A stretch of DNA of 64,000 nucleotides, from NCBI GenBank assembly GCA_020137815.1, contig CM035362.1:4650001-4714000 (forward strand). Reading direction: 5' to 3'. This DNA comes from Hormiphora californensis (lineage: Eukaryota > Animalia > Ctenophora). Shown piece by piece: positions 39,038-51,572 of the stretch. Below the pieces are notes generated by a model, which was not told the origin of the DNA, searched no databases, and was given only the letters and a program-made list of their open reading frames with translations. Position numbers and translations under genes: made by a program. Every line of letters starts with the position of its first letter. The first letter of the stretch is position 1.

Positions 39038-40130
39038 CTCTCCTCTCTCTCTCTCTCTCTCTCATCTCTCTCTCCTCTCTGCTCGTCTCCTCTCCATCTC
39101 TCTGCTTCTAGGGTCTGGGAACTTAACTACTACTACGCTCCTCCCTCTGAGTCGTTTCACACAAATTAGACCGTTATTGACGATCGAGAGAGAGATCGAG
39201 AGAGATCGAGGGAGAGTGTGCATGTGTGATAATAGAGAGGATAATTGGAATAGCCAACGGTGAAGGGACCAACTTACAAAAAGTATCCGACTTTCGGGGA
39301 CGTCAGATAATTGTCACCTACTAGCTACTATAGCTACTACCAATAGGAGGATGTTGCATAGGCCAGAATTCCAAATACCAAGAAATGGAGATATTATTAA
39401 AATGGATAATATTAAAATGGAAGACCTACAAATTACACGATTAATTAATAGCAATATCTCACCATGGTGGCCATACACTATACTAGGAAGGCACTACTTA
39501 ATATTATAGTTTCTCAGTGAGACCACCTGTTGTTGTGTTTATATAGCTCTGAGAGCGATCCCTTTATCATTATCATGACCGAGAGGGGATTCAACCCCGG
39601 CCCTGATCCCTTTGCAAGGGAAATCAGGGAGGGGTAGATTGCTTATTTTACCTCCCTGCACCCCCTGCCCATTGGTATAAAAAGAGGGTAGCTTACTAGT
39701 AATATACCATTGGCTCATTATAGCATACCAATGGGGGGAGGGGTTAATTGCGATCTACGGAAGGATTTTCGATTAACCCATCGCATAGTTCGAAGTAATT
39801 GCGGTCTTGCTTCATATCCTCCAATGAATATTCCTTTGGCGATAGTAATGCTAGGGGCAGCATTACTATATGCAATGCTGCCCCTCCTTCAGAGAGATAG
39901 AGACTAGTAATAGAAAGATGGAAAGATAGAAAGATAAAGAGATCAGGGCGCAAGCACCAACTCAACCAACCCGGTGTGATTGTGATCGGTGCTTCGAAGA
40001 AATTGCTTCGAAGATCTCGGTGTGATCCCGCCCAAATAGAGAGATAGAAACAGATTTGGTTACGAAGTCACCCCTTTTATTGCATATCTGTGAGCCATAA
40101 AAGAGGGGTAATTTCATTATATAGCTCAAA

Positions 40131-40995
40131 GGGCAAAAAAAATGTCCCCCCTAGACTAGCATAGTTCCAGATATCGTAGAGCTCTAAAATTTTACACAGC
40201 TGTTCTATGGGACAAATAAATAGGTTCCACAAAATTTCAGACTTTTAGCTCAAAGTTCATTTTTTTGATCGGAATGAACATTGCCATTCATTCCAAAAAA
40301 AATGATTATTCGGTCCAGAAGTCAAGCATTTGTCTTTGGCTATCGATTTTCTTTCAGATGCGACCAAGAAAGGCCAAAACGGACAACCACAAGTCACACA
40401 GTGGTGATGTTTCTGACTGTTAGTCAGGTCATGTGATCCCCACCGAATCGTGCAAGTTATTCAGAATTGCTAATCAGGCTTAGTGGTGGAGAATCACGTT
40501 TCACAGCCGCTAATGAGGGATGACGATGACGATTGGTCATGAGATCCGAAGCTCATTAACAAGTGGCCTCTTTACCCAAGTGCTCTCGAATCACATGTCG
40601 CTTTTTCGATACACATCCCTCATTAGCGACTGTGATACGTGATTCTTCCCCACTAAGCCTGATTAGCAATTCTCGATTCGGATGGGGATCACATGACCTG
40701 ACTAACTGTCAGAAACATGACCACTGTGTGCATTGTGGTTGTCCGTTTTGGCTTTTCTTGGTCGCATTTGAAAGAAAATCGATAGCCAAAGACAATTGCC
40801 TGACTTCTGGACCGAATAATCATGTTTTTTTGGAATGAATGACAATGTTCATTCCGATCAAAAAAATGAACTTTGAGCTAAAAGTCTGAAATTTTGTGGA
40901 ACCTATTTATTTGTCCCATAGAACAGCTGTGTAAAATTTTAGAGCTCTACGATATCTGGAACTATGCTAGTCTAGGGGGGACATTTTTTTTGCCC
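40131..40995. mobile_element. Foldback element with ~400-bp inverted arms, GGGC...GCCC termini
   Basis: gggcaaaaaaaatgtcccccctagactagc and its reverse complement. The outer ~140 bp are near-perfect and the inner part is diverged. No clear TSD. Confidence 0.85.
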
Positions 40996-41489
40996 AACAC
41001 GTTACCAACTCCGTACCAGCTACTTTAGACAGAAACCAGCCATGTACTTCGCCAATCTCAAGTTGAGTTCTCGGAAGTACGCAGGGTTTCTGTCTCAAGG
41101 CGAAAAGGTAAGGGAGAAGTTGTAAAGAGAATCATAAAAGGAGAAGGGAAGAAGGATAGAGAAGGGGGAGGAAGAGAGAGAGAGAGAGGAGAGAGAGAAG
41201 GGGAAAAAGGGGAAAGGGAAGGGGTTTTAGAGAGGAGAGGAACCTCCCCCCCGGGGGGGGGGGCGGGAGGGGGGGGGGGCCCAAAAAAAAAAAGGGGGGG
41301 GGGGGGGGGGGAAAAAAAAAGGGGGGGGGGGGGGTTTTTGAGAGATAGAGAGCTCAGAGTTAGTTAGTGCCCAACCCATTGTTTTCGTAATGCACGTCCA
41401 GTAGTTACAGGACTGAGGACTGAGCTTTCATTATTTTCGTCATCGTTCAGTATAATCATTTGAGGTATAAACTCTTGCCAGTTCAGTAT

Positions 41490-43722
41490 TATATGAGGCA
41501 TAAACTCTGGCCACTGGCGCGTTATTTCAGATAACTTTCTCCCAGCGCGCCGCTGGGAGAAGTTAGCTGGAGTTTATCCGCCGCTGGCGGATAAACTGGT
41601 TTAAATCACGACGACGATCCCGAGGCGGAGCCGAGGGAGAGGCGGAGGGGTTTAAACCTATAACGTGCCAGTGGTCAGAGTTTATGGGTTATATACCCTG
41701 CTTTAGTTGTTTATTTCAAGTATTACACACCAACAAGAGAGAGAACACTAATCAAAACACACAAAGAGAACTGAGAAATAGTTAAAAACACGTCACAATT
41801 GAGTGTACACTGTTTGGTAACAGTTACTAAGCAGTTGCTAAGGAAAGAGAGTGAAAGAAATAGCCTGATAAGGGGCATGTCACAAATAACACAGAGAAAG
41901 AGATAGTGAGACAAAAGGGGAGATAAAGAGAGAGTAATTGACGGAATGTGTCCTTTCTTTCTCTCCAATGTAGTGTGTAAGTGTTGCACATAGTGTTCCC
42001 TCTGTATTTTAGTAAGAACTGATCATTCACTTCTTTCACTGCCAATTTTGTTTGCAACGGAAAGGGGGGCTCTCGCTATCCCTCTTGTAATATTTGATAC
42101 TTTGAGTGAGAAGTGCATAAAAACTAGTATGAGAGAAAAGTGTGTGTGTGTATTTTGACCTGATGGACTGAAACCTGTATCCGGCTACCTGTTCAAGCAC
42201 TGCAAATGGATGGAAACACCTACTCAGCAATCAACCCTCGCAGCAAAACAGATAAACCTGACGTTTTTATTGTCAGTTACTGTCCCTGTGATTGTTCTAG
42301 ATTATATTATAGGTATGTCGCGACTTAGTAAGCTATTCTCAGTCAGTCAGTCAGTCAGCCAGTCAGTCAGGTAGTCAGTAAGACAGTCAGTCAGTCAGAC
42401 AGTCAGTCAGTCAGTCAGTCAGTCAGTCAGTCAGTCAGTCAGTCAGTCAGTCAGTCAGTCAGTCAGTCAGTCAGTCAGTCAGTCAGTCAGTCAGTCAGTC
42501 AGTCAGTCAGTCAGTCAGTCAGTCAGTCAGTCAGTCAGTCAGTCAGTCAGTCAGTCAGTCAGTCAGTCAGTCAGTCAGTCAGTCAGTCAGTCAGTCAGTC
42601 AGTCAGTCAGTCAGTCAGTCAGTGAGTCAGTGAGTCAGTCAGTGAGTCAGTCAGTCAGTCAGTCAGTCAGTCAGTCAGTCAGTTGCAGTCAGTCTATCAC
42701 TCAGTCAATCACTCAGTCAATCACTCAGTCACGCAGTGTATTATGAATATGATCTCTTCATTTCTATTTCTTCTGTATAGTGTCATTAGGCACTTAGATT
42801 TTCATCCCTATAGTACTCTTTCCTAGTTAGCTTCCCCGTTTCACCCCGGCTTCATCGATCTTTTTATCAGTTTCTGAGAGGTGCGTGCTTCTATATGCTT
42901 CCCCTCGCCACGGCCACTATTTTTATTGTTTTTATTTCTAGGCTGGACCTCTCCTCAGTTCCCTCTGCCTCATTCCCTACTTTCATAGCAGGCGCCAGGC
43001 ATGTTTCATACCTTCCGCTTCATTCATGGATCGGGTCATTGGTTGCTTTTTCCTCATCTCTCCTTCCCGCCATTATTCCTTTCCGGTGTTCGCCCCCTAG
43101 GTGCCTGCTAGACTGCAAGATTGGCACGTGACCTTCGGTGTTTAATTTATAGAGAGGGTTTTGTTTATAAACATTTATGGGTCAGCGTGGGAAAGGGAGG
43201 TGCCTTTTTCATAGAGTAGGTAGTCGAGGGGTCTCGTTATAGATAGGATTGCATATTACAGTTATCACTGACCCGCTTACAATACTTTTTCAGGCAACCA
43301 TATTCTATCATTATGATAGTATCATATTTCAGGTGTCTACCACATCTCAGTAATACCTTTCTGTACATACGCAGGGCACAACTCCTGAGAGGAGAACCAT
43401 TCATTGCTCATATCATATTCATTATGTGTTTTATGTGTTACAGCATTACTAACCTAGGCCCTAGACTCTGGCATTCGCAGGGCATCTCTCACATATATGA
43501 GAAAGGGGTAAGTTCATGCACCCACTCCGCAATTACATTCCCCAGGATACAACTGTCTATAGGCGGATAGACTAAAACAACCACCATCATTTACGCATTT
43601 TTAGGGTTCCGGAATCCGATTGTTTCTTCCCCTGCCCCTCTCTTCTTCTAAAGTCTTCTTCCGCATTCTTCTTGGATAATCCCTCTTTTCCTCCTGTTCT
43701 CTCCGCTCTATCTCTCTCTGCC

Positions 43723-43759
<37 letters not shown>

Positions 43760-45683
43760 CTCTCCTCTCCCCTTTTCATCTCCTCTCTCCCCCTTACTCT
43801 CTCTTTCCCCAGTCTCTCTCCTCATCTCTCTCCTCTCTTCTCCTCGCTCTTCCCCTCCTTCTCAATCTCAACACTTTATTCTCCCTCTTTTCCAATTCCA
43901 CCGGGGATTAGGTCAGGTGGCTTACTAGGGAAGTGCCACAGCCGTGGACGGCCGGCGGTGGTCGCCTCTCCAAAGTGGCACACCGCAAGTCAAATTTAGC
44001 AGCCCCTTACGCAGCTAAATGGTTACAAACACGCCACTCACAAGCCATACCGCCTTTTCTTCCGGTCACCCCTTCCCTAGAAATTAGTTACTGAACCACA
44101 TTGCGCCTGGGGATTTCCGAGGGGGGGAGGGGGGTGGTATCATCAGACTAGGGGGGTTTGGCCCCCTTTGTTAAAAAAGGCCAGGGTGGGGATGGTAGCG
44201 CCCCAAAAGTGTTGGAATCCCCGAGTCGAGTCTCTCCTTCTCGCCCACCACCTTCTCTGCATCTATCCCCTCTCTACTCTCCTCTCTCTCCGCCTCTTTT
44301 CTCTCTTCCACCTCCCTTCTCTTTCTCCTCACTTTCCGCTAGGAATTGCGAAGGGCCCGCCGGGATATTCTTAGTATGCCATGGTTTGCGATGTATCCCT
44401 TCCCGCACTATCCTTAATCTAATCCCCCCTCTCACTCCTCTCTCTCTCTCCTTTTTTTTATCTTACCCTTGAGCTAACATTTTCCGACCATGGGTCAAAT
44501 GCACGTTTTAGCACACCGTTCACTCCCGTCTCACCCAACATATCGCTCTACCTTCCCGCTTCCCACCTCTTTTCCTTTCTCTATGTCTTCAATTTCTCCC
44601 AAAATTTACCCTTTCTGCTTCCCCTTTCGGATTGGTCAAAAGCTTCGACCCGTTTTTTGTCTTTGTATCGGAAGTCCGAGGTCAATAAATCGCAGGTGAT
44701 ATCTGTCAAACCCACCCTCAATTTTATTAACTCGCTTACCCGCCTGACTGCCTTCGTATTTAAACCAAAAAAGGTTAAATTCCTGACATTACATATTGGT
44801 GGGGGTACAATTTGAACCCCAAGGAAATAAAAAAAAAAAAAAAAAAAGAACTGATCATTTACACACACTTTGAATGTTACGTAGGAGTTAATAATAAATA
44901 ACCTGCCAGTGGGAAATAATCTGCCGCTGGACTGGCTGTTTACTGAGAGCGCGCTAGTGAGACTTCTCGCCACTGGCGCATTATTTAAGTTAGCAGGGTA
45001 TATATGAGGCATAAACTCTGGCCACTGGCGCGTTATTTCAGATAACTTTCTCCCAGCGCGCCGCTGGGAGAAGTTAGCTGGAGTTTATCCGCCGCTGGCG
45101 GATAAACTGGTTTAAATCACGACGACGATCCCGAGGCGGAGCCGAGGGAGAGGCGGAGGGGTTTAAACCTATAACGTGCCAGTGGTCAGAGTTTATGGGT
45201 TATATACCCTGCTTTAGTTGTTTATTTCAAGTATTACACACCAACAAGAGAGAGAACACTAATCAAAACACACAAAGAGAACTGAGAAATAGTTAAAAAC
45301 ACGTCACAATTGAGTGTACACTGTTTGGTAACAGTTACTAAGCAGTTGCTAAGGAAAGAGAGTGAAAGAAATAGCCTGATAAGGGGCATGTCACAAATAA
45401 CACAGAGAAAGAGATAGTGAGACAAAAGGGGAGATAAAGAGAGAGTAATTGACGGAATGTGTCCTTTCTTTCTCTCCAATGTAGTGTGTAAGTGTTGCAC
45501 ATAGTGTTCCCTCTGTATTTTAGTAAGAACTGATCATTTACACACACTTTGAATGTTACGTAGGAGTTAATAATAAATAACCTGCCAGTGGGAAATAATC
45601 TGCCGCTGGACTGGCTGTTTACTGAGAGCGCGCTAGTGGGACTTCTCGCCACTGGCGCATTATTTAAGTTAGCAGGGTATATA
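41490..45683. mobile_element. Two tandem copies of a ~680-bp non-autonomous element; copy 1 (41490-42027 + 44846-45000) is interrupted, copy 2 (about 45000-45683) is intact
   Basis: 41490-42027 matches 45001-45538. 44846-45000 matches 45525-45680. Internal inverted motifs ataaactctggccactggc / gccagtggtcagagtttat and tatataccctgc / gcagggtatata. Confidence 0.8.
42340..42735. repeat. (CAGT)n microsatellite
   Basis: Direct reading. Confidence 0.95.
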
Positions 45684-46476
45684 AGAGTAAAAGAGTTGCA
45701 ATCACTTTCCCGAAGAATCCATCCTGCTCCTTTAAGTTTTACTCTTTGACGTCGTAGGTCCCTACCTGGCCCAAATTCGACAAAGTAGCAATAATGAGTT
45801 GCCTGTATCTATCAATTCTCCATATACCGCCCTATCCCTAGATTGTCCAGACTGTCTCATACGGCTTGGTCTACTGCACGATTTACGAAAACCATCTTCC
45901 TGCATGTTTCTCTAATATCCCATATGTTCATCGTTTAATTGGTTCATTGTTGCTACAGCGAACATGTAATATATGCAATTCTCCAGAAATCCACCACTTA
46001 AACTGGCCTATATGGTTTGCAACGGTAATGAAGCCCAGTAATCAACAAGGAAAGGGAGAGAGAAAGGACGAAGCTATAACATCGTCCTCCAAAACGAGAG
46101 ATTGGGAGATGTACAGTCGGAATGCTCGGTAAATCGGGGTCCGACTATATAACAGCGAGGGGGAGGATCAAGAGCTCTATTTGGTTCTCTGCGAAAAGGG
46201 AGGGGGAGATCGAGAGCTGATCCATTTGGTTCTTTTGACTTTTCTATCTCTGCGATTCTGCAGTAACTACTAGTTAACTAACTTATACTGATCATTATAG
46301 CTATAGAGTCTATCATTCTGTCAGACCAATGCTCTGATAGATTGGAAAGTCATAGACGATCTCTAGCTGATCATATTCTGTCTTGAATACCATGAAATAC
46401 AGTTATGGACTTGTTTTTGGTATGTCCCGACAAGGACAGAGTACTCAACAAGGTCGAAACCCTGGAGTAGTATAGT

Positions 46477-46607
46477 ACAAAGTGAAACAAGCGGTTTCAG
46501 AGAACTACACTTGTTTCACTACAAATTAATGCATATCATCAGGAACCTGATGATATGCATTAATTTGAAACAATTGTAGTTCTCTGAAACCGCTTGTTTC
46601 ACTTTGT
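46477..46607. repeat. ~130-bp hairpin (MITE-like)
   Basis: acaaagtgaaacaagcggtttcagagaactac ... gtagttctctgaaaccgcttgtttcactttgt, with inner arm aattaatgcatatcatcagg / cctgatgatatgcattaatt. Confidence 0.8.
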
Positions 46608-49377
46608 GAAATACAGTTATATGTGAAATGAGAGTAAATTAATCTTGCAATATGTAGGAAGTTAGACTTGCAGCCCCCCCTCATTTGCATTGGTGAGCAG
46701 ATCTTCCCAGTCTTCTTTACATCTCTCTGTCTCCCTGTCTAGCCCCATGTGCTCTCTATCTCGTTTCATATTCGTCTATCTTTATTTCCTTTTCTCTTTC
46801 TCTCTATCGCCAACTATTTCTCTCCCTTCTCTATCTCCATGATCTTTCGGTATTCCCATTCTCTCTATTTCCCACCCCGTACATGTTTCATTCATTCCAT
46901 TTGGCTCACTCCCGAAGTTCCGTCTCTATCTTTCTTACTATCATTTACATCAATATACCCTATATTTTCTCTCCGACTCTCTGTCTCTCTCTCATGCCTA
47001 ATTAAACACTAACCAGACGACAAAAGCCCCACAGCCCGAAGCCAATTAGGGCCATTGTTTAGCTCAAGCTCACCGAAAACTTCACACACAGTTCATAGGC
47101 ACCGTGTCTATCTATTGGCGCTACATTCTGTAGCCGCATAGGATTTGTAACTCCGATTTTGTTTCCTAAGAATTCTGCCTTGGCTCCATGCCAGATTAGG
47201 CTTATATATAAGCCTAAACGATTTAATATATTACGTCGTTTAGATATCACCAAATGCGAATCTTTGACATGAAACTCTCGCTAACGGATTCGCTTTTTTC
47301 TACAAATAAAAAGAAAACTTTATCTTAGATATAGATCTGCAACTTCCGGGATATTTCCTAGTCATAGTACGGGCTGTTAGTTTTATAAAGCGTTCAGTTT
47401 ATTTAATCGATCTGATAACTGAGTATAATCTGATACTTCATATTTTGAAATTATCTCTTTGATATTATTTCATCTTGTAATTTGAACACATGACCTTCTT
47501 GAGCGTGAGCATTTTTCTTCAGATATTTGTTATTCTGATTTTTAGTCCTTGATACTGATCAGTCACACCAGAAATTCCTCTGTCGACAGAGCTGGAATGT
47601 CTGGTGTGACCCAAGATTGAGTCGCCGGACACTGTGAACAATTCAAGATTCCTGTACAATCATCTTTCCAAGAATTGAGCTGTCTTCGGCCCGGTTCGAA
47701 GAGTCTCTACTAGTGTGAGCGAATCTTTCGAGGTTATTTCTTATTTGGCAACCAATTTCCTACACCTCCGTGTTACAATATGCTGGAAATTCTGGGCCAA
47801 TATTCTTACACCAATAATATTTCTCATTTTGTTTCATGATAGAAATTTTGGTATTTTCCGAGAAATTCCTAGAAATACCGAGAAAGAAATGCATTTGCTC
47901 CAGGCCAGAATTGCTTTGGCTGCGAGGATCGCGACGTTCCCAAAGAATCTCTTCATTGTTTTCACAATAATTTCAACACCAACTGCAAAATGAATCCCAT
48001 AATAAATAAATAGAGATGGTTACGAGTTATCTCGGATAGTTTAGTCACAACTTGAAAATACCTGAAACTAATTTTCTCTCGCTCACATGGTGCCGGCTTT
48101 TTCTCTTTTGTTTCTCTTTTTGACTCTATGTTTAGTAAAAATGCATATTGCATATTAAAAAAGCTTCCGGGCCGATAAGACATAAATAAATACCGCTAAA
48201 TATAATTGCCAAACGAAGTTTAATCACTCTTTAATTTGGAATATATTATTCATGTTCTTTTATTTTTGCAGTTTTATCTTACACCACCCAATATCGTACA
48301 TGAACCGCAGCCAATTCAGCTTTTATTACATTGTGAACTTATTTAAAACACTGTATAATTTCACCATGCTTTGCCAGTCTACGTCACATAGTACGTGAAA
48401 AACAAAAGAATTCTAATTAGAAGAAATGAGAAGTTATTCCTGCATGGAGTAATTATTCAAAGTATCTACGACTTTGGTCTATGGAAATTCTGCAGAATAA
48501 CTGCGGTACATGCGCATTTTAACCGGAAATGCAGTACGGAGTACCACTATGATTGGCTACATCCGCGTGACAAGACGCATTCTGAGTTTTAGATGCACTA
48601 TTATATGTCTGGTTAATAAATCATTTAGCACATCTTTAATTTATATCTACAATCTACAAGTTTCAATTAGTCATCCCAAATTGTTCCTTTACTACACCCG
48701 TCTTTCCCCTCTAGAACTCCCTGCCAATCTTTGTAAGGCCTAGCAAATCCATACGCTGCAGACCTAGGCCATCTTGTCTGGTCTGATTCAGCTCTCATTC
48801 TCAGTACGAGACCTCGATCAGACCAAACCTAGAATTATAGTAGTCTGTGTATGATCAGCAGACCAGACCTAGACAGTATTAACTAAGTCTTAGTGTCTCA
48901 CACGACTTGTGTGTCGCTTGATATGAGAGAATCTCCAATCTCAGCAAGTATATGGCAGACATTATTAAAATAGTTAACATGTCTGCAATACCGATTTAGT
49001 AGACTGTGGACCGCGGGGATTTAAATTGGTTCATGAGAGCTATAAGCTATTGTAATACTTGTGCCTCAAAGTTGTGTAGCAATTGTACACTTGCAATGGT
49101 GTTGATCCAATTCAGTGTTTTTAATGTGAATTCACGTCCTGTAGGTTTTTATAATCTGCTATGTTTCCATACGCCTCTCCCTGATCTCTCCCTCTCTGAT
49201 CTCACACACACATGACACACACACACTATCGTCTATCTCTCTCTCTCTTTCCCTCTCCCTACGCCCCACACAAGACCATTACAGATGTTGTGGCCCATCA
49301 TGGTCCTACAAGATACCCCAATCCTAACACGTCATGCCTGGCATTAGCGCAGGCGTGTGTCAGTGTTATAGTTGTAC

Positions 49378-49652
49378 ATATATTGAAAGTTGCTCCTTTA
49401 TAAATACAGATATTGAAAGTTGCTCCTTTATAAAGACATACATTTAAAGTTGCTCATTTATAAAGACAAATATTGAAAGTTGCTCCTTTATAAAGACAGT
49501 CATTGAAAATTGCTCCTTTATAAAGGCAGTCATTGAAAATTGCTCCTTTATAAAGATAGATATTGAAAGTTGCTCCTTTATAAAGACAGTCATTGAAAAT
49601 TGCTCCTTTATAAAGACAGATATTGAAAGTTGCTCCGTTATATGTAAAGACA
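49378..49652. repeat. 30-bp minisatellite (tattgaaagttgctcctttataaagacaga), about 9 copies
   Basis: Direct tandem units. Confidence 0.92.
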
Positions 49653-51444
49653 AATATACATATGTTGGGCAATTCATTTCTTCGATTATGAGTTTATCAA
49701 TCAACGAATGAAGCACAAGAAAGAGATGTTTTAGAATCTATATCAGTTGCTACGATCTCTATCCAGCCATGCTTTTACTTCGTATTAATTATGTTATAAC
49801 ATAATTAATACGAAGTTAGGTCACATGACCATGTTATATAAGCTATTTATTAATTGTTAGACCCCGTACTTCTCACTCGAGGAGGACCGATCCTCTATAA
49901 TAATAACTGTATTTGATTGGTGCCATGAACCTGACTGATCTCGTAGCGTTCTATTATATCATATGCTATGACAAAAGTAGAGTGACAAAAGTAGGGTGAC
50001 AAAAGAGTTTCTGTGAAAGGAGGAATTCCAGACGAATACAAGATCTCTATCGAGTTCCTCAGGATCTTCCCATCTCTCTATCTTTATCATTATTAAGGAT
50101 CTATAACCCCTCTTTGTTATGAAACCCTGACCTCTATATTCATCTATAATTACCTTTTTTGTTTACTATTGTTTAATTGTGATTACCAAATGTATTGTGA
50201 TCAAAGTAACGCATATAAAGATCACAGTAAGCCGCCACTATCGCAGCTTATAAATTTGGAAAAGGCTGCATCTTTATTTTTCCTCATCAAATCTTTTGCC
50301 TCTTGAACTGGGGATTTTATTAGAAAAAAAGTAAAGTAAACAGTGTTTACTAAACACAGTCCCTCAGTGCAATAGCTAGAACTTCTACTTTCTTTCCATT
50401 ATATCTACTTCTAGTAGAAGTAGATATAATGGAAATATTGTGACCATGGCATTCAATTATCGACATTCCTCTATAATACAGACGACCTCTAATTAACAAA
50501 CCACTTGCACTAGGAATAGTGAACTTCAAACATATCTCTCCCCCTCTCTAGCTCTCATTTATCATATTATCTCGACAGAGATAGTTTAGTACATATTGAC
50601 ATGGCTATAACTGACAGTTGGGGGTCATTGACCATATATTATGACCCAGGATTATCAGTTATGTCGATAGTGATTACAAATCTGTACTCGATAATCTGCT
50701 ATGTTTATTGATGGAGGAGTAATTCATGCTCACGTAACGACATCACGCGGTTACATTATATACATGCCTATCTGTCTATTATTATCAGCCAGTCTGGCTC
50801 TTTTCACTGCTCCTATTACCTACTATAATACGTAATAGTTTCCTACTCGATTAGAACTATAGTCTGATGATGACCAATATAACGACTCTGCATTTATCTC
50901 CGTCATAAGACATCCCTCTTTCTCTATCTCTCTATCTCCCTATCCTTCTCTCTCTCTCTCTCTCTCTCTCCTTCTGATTCAACAACGCCCTGTTTACACT
51001 ACGTAATACACGAACCTAACTATAATCATATGATCATTCTCATAGGCTTACTGGTCAATTTGTCAATTTCTTCTCATCTAAACAATTTGATTCAAATTTG
51101 GTTCACGATTCTTGTCAGTTGGTTCAGGGAGCAATCTCTATGTCGTACCTAGCCTGCTCCACACCTTATATAGTGATGGCGTAATGCGTCTCAGTCATAA
51201 GACAAGGCATATTTCTTCTAAAATCTGGTATTTTATTTAAATCTCAAAGGGAATTTTTCATAAATTTCCACGTGACCACTTGAAAAGATCGTTTTTCCTC
51301 TATGAGAGCTGGTTGTTGACTAAATTCATGACCCCTCTTTCTCTCTCGGTGCACAATGGGCCCGGCATTAGTTAGGAAAAACGTCACGAGAGATCGTGGA
51401 AGAGCGCTGGTTTGCATTGCCATTAGCCTGGATGCAAATGGAGC

Positions 51445-51539
<95 letters not shown>

Positions 51540-51572
51540 GGAGAGAGAGAGAGAGAAAGGGAGAGAGAGGAT
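51445..51572. repeat. (GA)n microsatellite
   Basis: Direct reading. Confidence 0.9.
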
